This document shows, in pieces, positions 24,908 to 34,279 of a DNA stretch of 45,516 nt (position 1 is its first letter; every line of letters begins with the position of its first letter). Below the pieces are notes generated by a model that did no database searches, was not told the origin of the DNA, and saw nothing but the letters and a program-made list of their open reading frames with translations. Both the position numbers and the translations under genes were made by a program. Where the stretch lies: the NCBI GenBank assembly GCA_965231125.1, contig OZ246414.1:709924-755439 (forward strand), in the 5' to 3' direction. Source of the stretch: an uncultured Gammaproteobacteria bacterium (GTDB lineage Bacteria > Patescibacteriota > Microgenomatia > Woykebacterales > RBG-16-39-9b).

Positions 24908-26227
24908 TTACTTAAATCTTCTAAAAATCCTATCTATATATTTCAAATTATTTCTGGGATCAAAAACTTCCAAAAGCTCTTTTTCGGAAACTAAACTCAT
25001 CACTTTTTTATCTTTTAATAATAAACTTTTTAGATCCTCATCTCTGGACTCCATTGCGGCGAAAGCATATTTTTTCACTAGCTCATATGCTTCTCCCGCT
25101 TTCATCCCTTTAGATTTAAGCAAAGTTTGGGCTCCTTGGGAAAAAATTGCTCCCCGCGTTTTTTCCAAATTTTCTTTCATTTTTTCTGGAAAAACTCTCA
25201 TTCCCTCGACAACTGCCGTCATTTGCAAAATCATGTAACCTGTTAAGTTCGTAGCGTCGCCAATCGTCAAACGCTCGGACGCAGAGTTAGTTAAGTCCCG
25301 CTCGTGCCAAGTGGCAATATTTTCGTACATTGGGGCAATTTTGCTCCGCAGTACGCGCGCAAGCCCGACAATTCTTTCGGATTTATGCGGGTTGCGTTTG
25401 TGCGGCATGGCACTACTTCCAGTTTGGCTGGATTTAAACCCTTCTTGAACTTCGGCAATTTCCGTGCGAGCTAAATTGCGAATTTCCGTGGCGATTCTTT
25501 CTAAAACCGAGCCGATAACTACTAACCGGTGGACATAATCCGCGTAAATATCGCGGGGTAAAATTTGGGTGGATATTTTTGCTCTCGTGAGACCCAATTT
25601 TTTGCAGACTAGCTCCTCCACTTTTGGGTCTAGTGTGTAGACTCCGACCGCGCCAGAGATTTTCCCAACGGCCACTTCATCGCGCAGACTTTTTAGTTCA
25701 TCAACCAATCTTTCGAGTTGATCTAACCAATTAAGAAGCTTAAAACCAAACGTGATTGGTTCCGCATGGACTCCGTGAGTCCTTCCAATCTCTAGTGTAT
25801 TTTTATACTCAAAAGCTTTATTATTAACTGTTTTTACAAGTTTTTCTAATTCGTCTCTCAATATGTCAACCGACTCTTTTAGCATCAATGCTGCCCCCGT
25901 GTCTTCGACATCATATGATGTTAATTTGTAGTGGAGAAAATTGCCCGCTTCCTCCTTTCCCATCTTTTTAAGTTCCCCTCGCACAATATTTAGGAACGCG
26001 GTTAAATCGTGATCGGTCTTCTCTTCTTCTTTTTTTACTTTTTCTGGGGATATTGATTTAATTTTACCAATCGCAACCGCTGCAGACTTTGGGATAATTT
26101 TAAGTTCAGCTTGAGCAGAAGCGACGGCTTTTTCTACTTCAAGCCAGTATAAAAAACGGTTGTCACCTTCACCAACCATCCAAATATTCCAAAGGGCGGG
26201 ATGTCTATAGCGTTCGATTGCTGGCAT
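24908..26227 (-). CDS. purB: adenylosuccinate lyase
   Basis: Fumarate-lyase signature SSAMPHKRNP. Length is 439 aa. Confidence 0.95.
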   Translation of the reverse strand: MPAIERYRHPALWNIWMVGEGDNRFLYWLEVEKAVASAQAELKIIPKSAAVAIGKIKSISPEKVKKEEEKTDHDLTAFLNIVRGELKKMGKEEAGNFLHYKLTSYDVEDTGAALMLKESVDILRDELEKLVKTVNNKAFEYKNTLEIGRTHGVHAEPITFGFKLLNWLDQLERLVDELKSLRDEVAVGKISGAVGVYTLDPKVEELVCKKLGLTRAKISTQILPRDIYADYVHRLVVIGSVLERIATEIRNLARTEIAEVQEGFKSSQTGSSAMPHKRNPHKSERIVGLARVLRSKIAPMYENIATWHERDLTNSASERLTIGDATNLTGYMILQMTAVVEGMRVFPEKMKENLEKTRGAIFSQGAQTLLKSKGMKAGEAYELVKKYAFAAMESRDEDLKSLLLKDKKVMSLVSEKELLEVFDPRNNLKYIDRIFRRFK

Positions 26228-26277
26228 AATAACGGATTTTTGCGGCAGTAGAAGGCAAAATATAACACAAAAAAGCT

Positions 26278-26314
26278 AAAAATGAAAAGAGGCGAGAAAA
26301 ATTTTCTCGCCTCT
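26278..26314 (-). terminator. strong rho-independent terminator of the MaoC-like gene
   Basis: AGAGGCGAGAAAA/TTTTCTCGCCTCT 13-bp stem (26288-26314), followed on the minus strand by TTTCATTTTT. Confidence 0.8.
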
Positions 26315-26319
26315 GTCGG

Positions 26320-27156
26320 CTACTTTCCGAAACTCTCTGGTACTTCCGCAACTCCGCTTATTAGAACTACGCTACTTTGGTTTTGACACTCAAAGTCGTA
26401 GACACCTTCTGACCCGCGAGTTGCACCCGTCGTTACTTTGTCCCCAGCACGAGTCGGGCCACGAAAGCGCGCGTCCAGTTTACCACTCGTGAGCCACGCT
26501 ACCCCGAAATTCTTCACCATCATCTCTTGAACGCTCGCCAGTGTCAGCATTCCGTGAGCGATGATTCCACCGAAAGGCGTGGTGCGGGCAAAGCTTTCGT
26601 CCAAGTGGATTGGGTTGGAGTCGCCGGATACATTGGCGTAATCCCGGATCGTTTCACGGTCAATAGTCTTAGTAACCATCACCAGGTCCGACTTTAACGA
26701 TGACCCACTTTTTTGACCAGAGCCCTCCCCGACAGCGGCACTGTCCCCCAACACAGCGAGAGTAGTTCTACCCCGGAGCCTAACCTCGCTGGAAGGCGGG
26801 ACTGTTACTTCAAAATCGAGTGTGGTGATTACCAGTCCGTTCTTGCCCGTTCTGCCCACAACCCGACCAACCACCGACACGGTCTTGCTGTCCTCCAGTA
26901 TTGGGACGCCGCCGTGCGTTTCGATTTGTTGCCGGGCGTGAACCGTACCAGGAGGCAAACTGAAATATCTCTGCACCTCTCTGAATGACCAAGCGACCAC
27001 CGCCAGTGGCGGGGCAAGCCCCTCGGAGAAGTAAACGTTGCTGGTGTCCCCAACAGTATGCAAGTACAACTGAACAGGAACTCCGTTTACAGCAACCGCG
27101 CTTTCTGGGAACGTGTATCCTTTGGGAAGTTCGCTTACTGGTGTCTTGTCCGGCAC
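26320..27156 (-). CDS. double hot-dog fold MaoC-like (R)-hydratase/dehydratase
   Basis: C-terminal MaoC motif YANVSGDSNPIHLDESFA...GGIIAHGMLT, GTG start with AAGGAGAGGG SD, and visibly GC-rich sequence. Confidence 0.78.
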   Translation of the reverse strand: MPDKTPVSELPKGYTFPESAVAVNGVPVQLYLHTVGDTSNVYFSEGLAPPLAVVAWSFREVQRYFSLPPGTVHARQQIETHGGVPILEDSKTVSVVGRVVGRTGKNGLVITTLDFEVTVPPSSEVRLRGRTTLAVLGDSAAVGEGSGQKSGSSLKSDLVMVTKTIDRETIRDYANVSGDSNPIHLDESFARTTPFGGIIAHGMLTLASVQEMMVKNFGVAWLTSGKLDARFRGPTRAGDKVTTGATRGSEGVYDFECQNQSSVVLISGVAEVPESFGK

Positions 27157-27249
27157 GAAACCCTCTCCTTACTGAAATGTGAATCCTTACGGTTAGTAAG
27201 TCCTTTCCAACCTAATGTTTTTTATCACGGCTTCCGGTTTAAATTGGGG

Positions 27250-28464
27250 TCAGCGAATAAGCACAAGGGCTTTTGCAAGTTGTGGGTCACGACCGGCATT
27301 AAAATCGGCATCCGTAAGTTTCACGCTGAAGTCGGGCGAGAGACCCTTTTCATTAACCCAAGTACCATTTGGCGTCAGCCATTTGTCCTCAGTGATATGC
27401 AACCCAGAGCCGTCGGCTAAATCTTCCACCTGTTGAACTGTACCTTTACCAAAAGTTTTTACACCAACCAATTTAATACCATTATCATCCCGCAAGGCGC
27501 CAGACACAATTTCGGCTGCGGAAGCGCTGCCTTCGTTTACCAAGATAACTAATTTAATGTCCTGAAGTTGACCTTCGCGGCTGCTAGTAACCGGTGTCTT
27601 TTTTCCATTGGCGTCTTCTTGAATTAAAACGGTCGAGCCCTTTGGCAGAAATTCCCCGGCCACATAAATTGCTTGGTCGAGTCTGCCGCCGGGATCGTTT
27701 CTTAAATCCAAGATCATTTTATTATAATTGCCGGTGAGAATTTTGTTAGCCACACTATCCCACTCGGTGTTGGTGCTGTCTCCAAAGCGTGATAGAGTGA
27801 CAACGGGAACGCCGCCTTTTAATGCCAAGGTTACACTTTTAACCGTGATACTGGCTCGCGTCATTGTTACTTCAAATGGGGTTCGTCCTTGCCTTTGAAT
27901 AAGCAGTTTTATCTTTGTACCTGCCTTGCCGCGAATAAGCTGAACTGCCTCGGGAACTGTCAGATCGGTTGTGTCTTTATCGTCTATACCAAGAATAACG
28001 TCGCCGGCCCGCACCCCAGCCTTTTCCGCCGGCGTCCCTTGCAAAGGAGAGATAACTACTAACTTCCCTTTCTTTGCTCCAAGCTCAATGCCAACTCCCT
28101 GGTAAGTTCCAGAAAGGGTATCGGTGAAAGCTTTGTTTTGAGCCGGGTCCAAAAAGACAGTGTAAGGGTCGCCAACTGCTTTTACCATTCCCGAAATTGC
28201 ACCGTAGAGAAGTTTTTGAGGATCAATTTTGCTTTTATCTAAATAAGAGTTGGAAACTTTTTGCCAAACGTCCCAAAAGGGACTAAAATCCACCGTGACG
28301 TCTGAAGGAGGTTTGGTGTTAGTGAAATTAAAGATAGGAGTGCGACTACCAAAAGGTAAATAAACATTTTGCCCCACCCAAATACCAGCAAGGAAAATTA
28401 TTAACCCGACAATAACTTTTGGAAAAATCTCGTCGAATTTTGTGTTGTACTTATTTTTCCCCAT
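27250..28464 (-). CDS. ctpA: carboxy-terminal processing protease (S41)
   Basis: N-terminal TM anchor, PDZ (GDVILGIDD), and the S41 Ser context GSASAAEI together with the conserved FGKGTVQ motif. Confidence 0.9.
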   Translation of the reverse strand: MGKNKYNTKFDEIFPKVIVGLIIFLAGIWVGQNVYLPFGSRTPIFNFTNTKPPSDVTVDFSPFWDVWQKVSNSYLDKSKIDPQKLLYGAISGMVKAVGDPYTVFLDPAQNKAFTDTLSGTYQGVGIELGAKKGKLVVISPLQGTPAEKAGVRAGDVILGIDDKDTTDLTVPEAVQLIRGKAGTKIKLLIQRQGRTPFEVTMTRASITVKSVTLALKGGVPVVTLSRFGDSTNTEWDSVANKILTGNYNKMILDLRNDPGGRLDQAIYVAGEFLPKGSTVLIQEDANGKKTPVTSSREGQLQDIKLVILVNEGSASAAEIVSGALRDDNGIKLVGVKTFGKGTVQQVEDLADGSGLHITEDKWLTPNGTWVNEKGLSPDFSVKLTDADFNAGRDPQLAKALVLIR

Positions 28465-29516
28465 TAACTAACAATCTCCAGATTAGCTGCAGCTGTCGTA
28501 ACGGTCTTCCCTGAAGGAAATTTTACACTTGCTGTTTGTCCCAAAAGCCCAGAGTTCAACACCTCTTCCCCGGTGCTGACCTGGCTAACTTGGCCGAGAA
28601 AATCAGTCATGTTCGTCTTTAAAAATTTAACCATATCACCAACTGCAAGTTCCTTCCAGGGAGAAGCCTGCAGTGGTACGGGCGGGGCGTCTACTTCGGG
28701 AACAAAAAAGCTTTTAGCCTCCCCAGAAACAAAGGCAAAGCGTCCTTCGAATTTCTTCAATATTTCAAAAATATCCCTGCCCATAGGAATACCGCCAAAG
28801 CCTTCTGTCACCAAAACTGAAATTCCTACATCGCTGCCAATACCAAGGCTCAAGAAGTCGCGCTGATTAATACCTCCAACCACTATACCATGAACTCCTA
28901 AAGTAAGGGCTTTTTCAATAGTAGACCGCTCTAACAGAGAACCACCGACTATTATTTTACCGGCGCAGTCGGCGGTAATTTTTTGAGGAATAAGAAAGTC
29001 TTCCGGTGACGCAATAACTTTTATTACTCCCTCTCTTTCCCTACCTTCGCCGGCGAAACCTCGAATTTGACGACCAACCGATTTTATAAATATCGCCTCT
29101 TGCCCGACTCTACTAACGGCTCCTTTGGCCCCAGCCACTAATTTTACCATCGTGGGCAGAAATTTAACTAGAAGGTCTCCATTATTATCTACATCGCTAA
29201 TAACGCCATCGGCGGGAGAACGAATCTCTTTTTTACCAAGCCCTAAGATTTGGTGCCGCCGAGCAATGATTTCTCCCCGATAAATTCTGTCTCCGATTTT
29301 TCGGAGCAGATATTTTTTCGTGTCCCTTCCGGAAACTCCCAGTTCGTGAGCAATTTTGATAAGCCGCTGTCCAGCCGAAACTTCGCAGTGGGCGACAACC
29401 GACTCCGGGTCCACTGGCTCCCCAAGCTTTGAGGCGGTTTTACACGGCCCTGGAAATTTCCTTTCCAGTTCAAACTCTATTGGATTAGAAACGCGGATTA
29501 TCCTCGGGCAAATCAT
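28464..29516 (-). CDS. conserved-looking hypothetical protein coupled to ctpA
   Basis: 350 aa from ATG at 29516, which forms an ATGA overlap with the upstream stop. Its TAA overlaps the ctpA ATG by 1 nt. Contains an IRSPADGVISDV lipoyl-like hairpin motif and a GIVVGG...VLVTEGFGG segment. Confidence 0.6.
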   Translation of the reverse strand: MICPRIIRVSNPIEFELERKFPGPCKTASKLGEPVDPESVVAHCEVSAGQRLIKIAHELGVSGRDTKKYLLRKIGDRIYRGEIIARRHQILGLGKKEIRSPADGVISDVDNNGDLLVKFLPTMVKLVAGAKGAVSRVGQEAIFIKSVGRQIRGFAGEGREREGVIKVIASPEDFLIPQKITADCAGKIIVGGSLLERSTIEKALTLGVHGIVVGGINQRDFLSLGIGSDVGISVLVTEGFGGIPMGRDIFEILKKFEGRFAFVSGEAKSFFVPEVDAPPVPLQASPWKELAVGDMVKFLKTNMTDFLGQVSQVSTGEEVLNSGLLGQTASVKFPSGKTVTTAAANLEIVS

Positions 29517-30559
29517 ATTTTTATTAGCGAGACCCTTTCTAGGGCTTGTTGCCAAGTTGCTACTGCCGCCCTGGATTTATCTTTACCAAACTCTAGGTTT
29601 AAAGGTTTTGGCCGGGCGTCCAAAATAATTCCCCACTCTCCACCAGAGACCTTAAATTTTCCTTTGGCTTCACCTTCCTTAATTTGAATATGAAGATTTT
29701 GAGATACTGTTGCTGGAATTAGGGCGATTTCATTATCAGCGATAGATATTTCTTGAATTTCCGAAAGGCCCCAATCCAAACTTACCTTACCACTTCCACC
29801 AAGAGAGATCAAAGCGCCTAGGTTTTTTAGAACTTGGGTTAACCCGCCTGCTTGGAGTTTTTTTTGGTTTAGTAAGGCACCGGCCGCACCTAAAAACCCT
29901 TCTGGGTCTTGCCAAACTTGAACAACTTTTCCAGCTGCCATCAAATCCAGCAAAATAAGGGCTATCCTTGTTGGGTCTCGCGACCAACTAAATAAGCCAC
30001 CAGTTACTACCACACTATCAAACTTCGCCGCGTTATGAAGCTCGGGCATAACGCTAAATGAGGCCCTTAAAATAGCTTCGTCCACCTCAAGGCTGTTTTT
30101 ATCTTCTGGTATATGGTGGAGGCTAGATTTTCGGTTGCCGATTAAGTTTTCCAAGTTAAGCTCGCCTATACTAAAAGAAAGATGAGCGCCCACGTCGGCA
30201 ACGCTAAAATTTTTTAAAAAGTTGCTTGCTCCGCCATCGAAAATAACCGGGTTTTCGAAACTGCCGCGAAGAGATTCCTGCAACTGACCAAAAACAGTCT
30301 CTTTGTTCACAAAGATAGCGCCGTATTCTTTAGCCAGCAAATTGAGTTCATTGTAAGAAGAAGTTAGTATAAAAGCAGTTTCTTTGGATTTTGGTTTTAA
30401 TTTTTGGATGAGACGACTGGTAGAAAAGCGAAGATCTTCATTGGATGTTGGTGATTTAACGGCCTGGTTAATTGTCACGCCGCCTGCGACGGACACATAG
30501 AAAGCTTTTGTCCAGGAAGTTCCGATGTCTAAAATTATATATTCTGTGGATGCGCTCAT
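29513..30559 (-). CDS. actin/ASKHA-fold-like protein, unknown function
   Basis: Ordered motifs ILDIGTSWTK (phosphate-1-like), VIFDGGASNF (phosphate-2-like) and VVVTGGLF (adenosine-like), plus a beta-rich C-terminal extension. Confidence 0.55.
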   Translation of the reverse strand: MSASTEYIILDIGTSWTKAFYVSVAGGVTINQAVKSPTSNEDLRFSTSRLIQKLKPKSKETAFILTSSYNELNLLAKEYGAIFVNKETVFGQLQESLRGSFENPVIFDGGASNFLKNFSVADVGAHLSFSIGELNLENLIGNRKSSLHHIPEDKNSLEVDEAILRASFSVMPELHNAAKFDSVVVTGGLFSWSRDPTRIALILLDLMAAGKVVQVWQDPEGFLGAAGALLNQKKLQAGGLTQVLKNLGALISLGGSGKVSLDWGLSEIQEISIADNEIALIPATVSQNLHIQIKEGEAKGKFKVSGGEWGIILDARPKPLNLEFGKDKSRAAVATWQQALERVSLIKI

Positions 30560-30618
30560 TGGGTCAGTAACCTTTTGATTTTACCCTAAAGAAAGTCTTT
30601 TTTGAAGCCCTTGTGGAG

Positions 30619-30858
30619 TTAAGACTTCATTTCTTCTGTAAATGGTAAAAGGGCCATATAACGTGCCCTCTTTATGGCGGTGGAGACAGCCCGACCGTGC
30701 CGAGCACAAAGTCCGGATTTTGCTCTTGGGATAATTTTTCCTCTTTCCGTTATAAAACGGCGAATGGCACTGACTTCCTTATAGTCAGGCTCAATTTTAT
30801 CTTTACAAAAAATACAGAATTTTTTTCTATTTTTATTGCTCTGCGCCATGTTTTTCAA
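30619..30858 (-). CDS. rpsR: 30S ribosomal protein S18
   Basis: Translation contains [15 protein letters not shown]...[23 protein letters not shown]. Confidence 0.95.
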   Translation of the reverse strand: MKNMAQSNKNRKKFCIFCKDKIEPDYKEVSAIRRFITERGKIIPRAKSGLCARHGRAVSTAIKRARYMALLPFTEEMKS

Positions 30859-30906
30859 TAAATAAGTGGGCTAAAAATTTTTGCCTTTTTACTTTTGGCT
30901 TTTTAC

Positions 30907-31482
30907 TTAGAAAGGGATGTCGTCTATGTCTATTTCCTCATCTTCTTTGGCCTTACCGTCTTCGCTTTTTTCTTCTTTTTTCTCCTCGACTTTATCTTTT
31001 TCTTTGTCAACCGCTTTAGCCGATTCTTTCTTTTCCTTTTTTTCTTCTTTGGGTTCTTCTGATCCCTCCTCTTTTACAACTTCCTTCGGCTCTACTACCG
31101 CCGCGGGGGGTCTTTCCTCACCGCCTTCTCTTGTCTCCGGTCTCTTTTGATCGAGAATAACCATATCTTCGGCCACTATTTCCGTAGCTTGTCTTTTCTC
31201 GCCGTCTTGAGCTTCCCAACTGCGGGTTTGGAGCCGCCCTTCGATGTAAACCTTTCGCCCTTTGGTAAGAAGCTGAGCGCAAAGTTCTGCTAGTTTATTC
31301 CAAGCAACGATACGGTGAAACTCAGTTTCTTCTTTTCGTTCGCTGGCATCGGCTGGCATCCAACTTCGGTTGGTTGCGAGACCAAACGAACAAACGGCTG
31401 TTCCCTGCGGTGTGTAACGCAGTTCCGGATCCCTAGTTAAATTCCCTATCAACATCACTTTATTTAAACTTCTACTTGACAT
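30907..31482 (-). CDS. ssb: single-stranded DNA-binding protein
   Basis: OB-fold N-terminus LNKVMLIGNLTRDPELRYTP, a long Lys/Glu-rich linker and an acidic tip DIDDIPF. ATG at 31482 with GGAGG 5 nt upstream. Confidence 0.9.
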   Translation of the reverse strand: MSSRSLNKVMLIGNLTRDPELRYTPQGTAVCSFGLATNRSWMPADASERKEETEFHRIVAWNKLAELCAQLLTKGRKVYIEGRLQTRSWEAQDGEKRQATEIVAEDMVILDQKRPETREGGEERPPAAVVEPKEVVKEEGSEEPKEEKKEKKESAKAVDKEKDKVEEKKEEKSEDGKAKEDEEIDIDDIPF

Positions 31483-31494
31483 GTGTACCTCCAA

Positions 31495-31776
31495 TCACTC
31501 TCTTAATAATAAATATCGCAAAACATCCTCGTTAATTGATAATTTTTTTTCTAGTTTGGGAGGAAGATCTTCAGGGGCAACGAAGTGAAGTAAGGAATAG
31601 ATTCCTTCGGTTTGCTTTTTAAAGGGAAACGCCAGTGGCCGTTTTCCCCAATCGTCACGTTTTTCTACCGTACCTTTAGCATCTGAAACTACCTTTTCAA
31701 TATCGGCAATTAAATTTTTTTGCGCTTGCTCGGTTAGGTCACCTTTACCCAAAACTAATAATTCGTATTCTCTCAT
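31495..31776 (-). CDS. rpsF: 30S ribosomal protein S6
   Basis: Starts MREYELLVL and contains WGKRPLAFP, in the canonical rpsF-ssb-rpsR order. Confidence 0.95.
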   Translation of the reverse strand: MREYELLVLGKGDLTEQAQKNLIADIEKVVSDAKGTVEKRDDWGKRPLAFPFKKQTEGIYSLLHFVAPEDLPPKLEKKLSINEDVLRYLLLRE

Positions 31777-31947
31777 GATTTAGTATATCCTCAAAATTAA
31801 ACTCGGGAGCAGTATAACACAAGGCTGCAAGCAAGTTCAATATCTAACATAACGTATCAAAAATTTGCAATAAAAGACTATAATATTGTTAACGTAGCAA
31901 GAAAAGTTGCTCCTGCAACCCTGCTACTAAAATAAGGAGGTCTGGAG

Positions 31948-32373
31948 ATGAGTCCATACGCCGTGAGAGTCCTGGAGAGGGCGATTCCTACTCTCCCACC
32001 TAAACTCAGTAAAGGGTGGGAGGACGACAAGGGTGATAAATGCGGTGCCGAACATGTGCACAGCGTCATCGTGGAAATGGGGCTCTGCATTTGTGCCTCA
32101 GACGACAGTGAAGAAAAAATCAAATGTATTGCTTCTCTCTGTGGCGTCGGTTGTGGAGATGTGCTTAGACTTATGTTGGTGAACGATCATTCGACTGACG
32201 CCGAGCGTAGAGGTTGTGTCGAAAACGAGCTAAACCTGTGGTTAAGCAGAGCAAGAGCTGCCGAACTCCAGCAACTTTCTCTGTTCGAGACCGTTCGGGC
32301 AAACATTGAAGCCGCTGCCACCGTCGACGAGTCCGAAGAATCTGTTGAAGAAAGGATTCCCGTTCTCGTCTGA
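31948..32373 (+). CDS. orphan Cys-rich acidic protein, unknown function
   Basis: 141-aa ORF with ATG preceded by AAGGAGG and a clean terminator downstream. It is GC-richer than the flanking sequence. Confidence 0.55.
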   Translation: MSPYAVRVLERAIPTLPPKLSKGWEDDKGDKCGAEHVHSVIVEMGLCICASDDSEEKIKCIASLCGVGCGDVLRLMLVNDHSTDAERRGCVENELNLWLSRARAAELQQLSLFETVRANIEAAATVDESEESVEERIPVLV

Positions 32374-32392
32374 GATCAGATCCACAGATCCG

Positions 32393-32430
32393 CTGGGTCG
32401 AGACACTTCCCTCTCGACCCAGTTTTATTT
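32393..32430 (+). terminator. rho-independent terminator of the 31948-32373 gene
   Basis: CTGGGTCGAG/CTCGACCCAG 10-bp stem followed by TTTTATTT. Confidence 0.8.
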
Positions 32431-32438
32431 CTAGTTAT

Positions 32439-32625
32439 AACCGCAACTACGAGCAAGTGTTTTCTTTCCGGCCTGGATTAGTCAGCGCTAAGCCCAGAAT
32501 CCAGATGCGCGTGGGCGAAGCAAAATTCCACTTGTTTGACGAGAGTTTTAACTTGAGGAGTTTGGTTCAGGGTAGCTGGAGGATCCGGCCGGCAATTTGG
32601 TGTCACCTTTTTTGCAAAAGGTGAC
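32439..32625 (+). ncRNA. candidate structured RNA / repeat element, copy 2
   Basis: Same order and orientation as copy 1. CCGGCC at 32468-32473, GGCCGG at 32587-32592, and terminal hairpin GTCACCTTTT-TTGC-AAAAGGTGAC at 32602-32625. Confidence 0.45.
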
Positions 32626-32633
32626 AGAAAAAA

Positions 32634-33746
32634 TCAAACATTGAACTTGAATATCGTCACATCTCCATCTTGGAATACGTAATCTTTTCCCTCAAGTCGC
32701 ACTGAGCCTTTTTCTCTCGCCTGCTGCCAACCACCGGCAGAAATTAATTTCTCCCAATTGATTACTTCTGCCTTTATAAAACCTTTTTCAAAATCAGTGT
32801 GAATTGTGCCAGCGGCTTGCGGCGCTTTGGTTCCGGCCTGAACGGTCCAAGCCCGCACTTCTTTCTCACCCGCAGTAAAATAAGTTATTAAGCCAAGCAA
32901 TTTATAACTTTCCCGAATTAATCTCTCCAACCCAGATTGCTCAAGACCCAACTGCTTAAGATACTCCTTCTGTTCTTCCTCGCCCAACTCCACTAGTTCC
33001 GCCTCAATTTTCGCGGAGATAATAACACTTGGAGCAAACTCCCCAAAAATATCTTTAAACTCTACAGTACCTTTAAGGCCTCGCTCGGACACATTAAAAA
33101 CATAAATCACGGGTTTTGCTGTTATTAACGGCAAAGTTCCCAATAATTCCTTTTCCTCAGTCGTTAAATCCACATTTCTCCCCAAAACTCCTTTTTCCAA
33201 ACCTTTTTTAATTATTTCTAAAGATTCTAACCTTCCCTTTGTCTCTTTTGTCCCCTTTGTATCCTTTGTCTCGTTCTCAATTAGTTTTTGAATCGTCTCC
33301 AAATCCGCCAGAATTAGTTCAGTATTAATCGTTTCAATGTCACTTTTGGGATTTTCCCCGGAACGGACAACATCGTCTTCTTCAAAAGCTCGCACCACGT
33401 GGAGGGTTGCATCCACTTCGCGTATGTGCGCGAGAAATTTATTACCCAACCCTTCACCTTGGGCCGCCCCTTTCACCAAACCGGCAATATCGACAAATTG
33501 AACAATCGCCGGCACAATTTTTTGGGTGTTAACTACTTTTGCAAGTTTTTCCAATCGAGAATCCGGCACTTCAACAACACCGACGTTTGGATCTATGGTA
33601 GTAAACGGATAATTCGCAACTTTCGCGCCACTTGCCTGTCCCTCCGAAGCTTTAGCGAAGGGGGACTTTTTTAACAAAGCATTAAAAAGTGTGGACTTAC
33701 CAACATTGGGCAAACCAACTATCCCGACTTTCAACATATCTGGCAT
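32634..33746 (-). CDS. ychF: ribosome-binding ATPase YchF
   Basis: Walker [24 protein letters not shown], and the C-terminal YchF/TGS-like domain. Confidence 0.95.
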   Translation of the reverse strand: MPDMLKVGIVGLPNVGKSTLFNALLKKSPFAKASEGQASGAKVANYPFTTIDPNVGVVEVPDSRLEKLAKVVNTQKIVPAIVQFVDIAGLVKGAAQGEGLGNKFLAHIREVDATLHVVRAFEEDDVVRSGENPKSDIETINTELILADLETIQKLIENETKDTKGTKETKGRLESLEIIKKGLEKGVLGRNVDLTTEEKELLGTLPLITAKPVIYVFNVSERGLKGTVEFKDIFGEFAPSVIISAKIEAELVELGEEEQKEYLKQLGLEQSGLERLIRESYKLLGLITYFTAGEKEVRAWTVQAGTKAPQAAGTIHTDFEKGFIKAEVINWEKLISAGGWQQAREKGSVRLEGKDYVFQDGDVTIFKFNV

Positions 33747-33760
33747 TTTACCACATGATC

Positions 33761-33789
33761 TTTACTTGGCCTTATCATAGTGCTAAAAT
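33761..33789 (+). promoter_or_regulatory. promoter TTTACT-17-TGcTAAAAT of hicBA
   Basis: -35 at 33761-33766 and -10 at 33784-33789, 8 nt from the ATG at 33798. Confidence 0.55.
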
Positions 33790-33797
33790 TTGTTCAA

Positions 33798-34031
33798 ATG
33801 GAAAATTTTCAAGTTATACGAGGCGGAATAGTTTTTGAACTTGAACCTGAAGACAAAGGCGGTTTTACTATTACAGTACCTTCGTTACCAGGCTGCATTT
33901 CCTACGGAAAAACGATTGAAGAGGCACTTGAGCAGATAAAAGATGCGATGGCTGGCTGGCTAGAGGTAGCAAAAGAAGAAGGAATCGACATACCCCAAGA
34001 AGTAGAAAGAGCGGTATTTGTTTCTCATTAA
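33798..34031 (+). CDS. hicB: HicB-family antitoxin
   Basis: Contains GGFTITVPSLPGCISYGKTIEEALEQIKDA, typical of the HicB N-domain. ATG at 33798. Confidence 0.85.
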   Translation: MENFQVIRGGIVFELEPEDKGGFTITVPSLPGCISYGKTIEEALEQIKDAMAGWLEVAKEEGIDIPQEVERAVFVSH

Positions 34032-34258
34032 TGAAGTTAACTCCAATCAAACCAAAAGAAATGGTCAAGATCCTGCAAAAAGCAGGATTTTCTGTACGTA
34101 AGCAGACAGGCTCACACGATATTTTATTCAAAAAAGGTGTGCGAAGACCAATTTCAATACCAATACATCCACGCGATTTACCGTCCGGAACTCAAAGAGC
34201 AATTTTACGTCAAGCAGAAATATCGTTGGAAGAGTTTAACAAGTTGCTAAAAAAATAA
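34031..34258 (+). CDS. hicA: HicA-family mRNA interferase toxin
   Basis: Contains KEMVKILQKAGFSVRKQTGSHDIL. Its ATG overlaps the hicB stop. Confidence 0.85.
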   Translation: MKLTPIKPKEMVKILQKAGFSVRKQTGSHDILFKKGVRRPISIPIHPRDLPSGTQRAILRQAEISLEEFNKLLKK

Positions 34259-34279
34259 GTTTGTGAAATAATTTATTTA

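Noticed and set aside
31878-32123. 81-aa minus-strand ORF overlapping the 141-aa orphan gene
   Set aside because: The + strand ORF has an AAGGAGG SD, an ATG and a downstream terminator. The minus ORF has none of these.
33230-33290. [12 protein letters not shown] repeat in YchF as an insertion
   Set aside because: YchF proteins have a Lys/Gly/Asp-rich stretch at the equivalent position in the helical insert domain. This is likely normal family variation.
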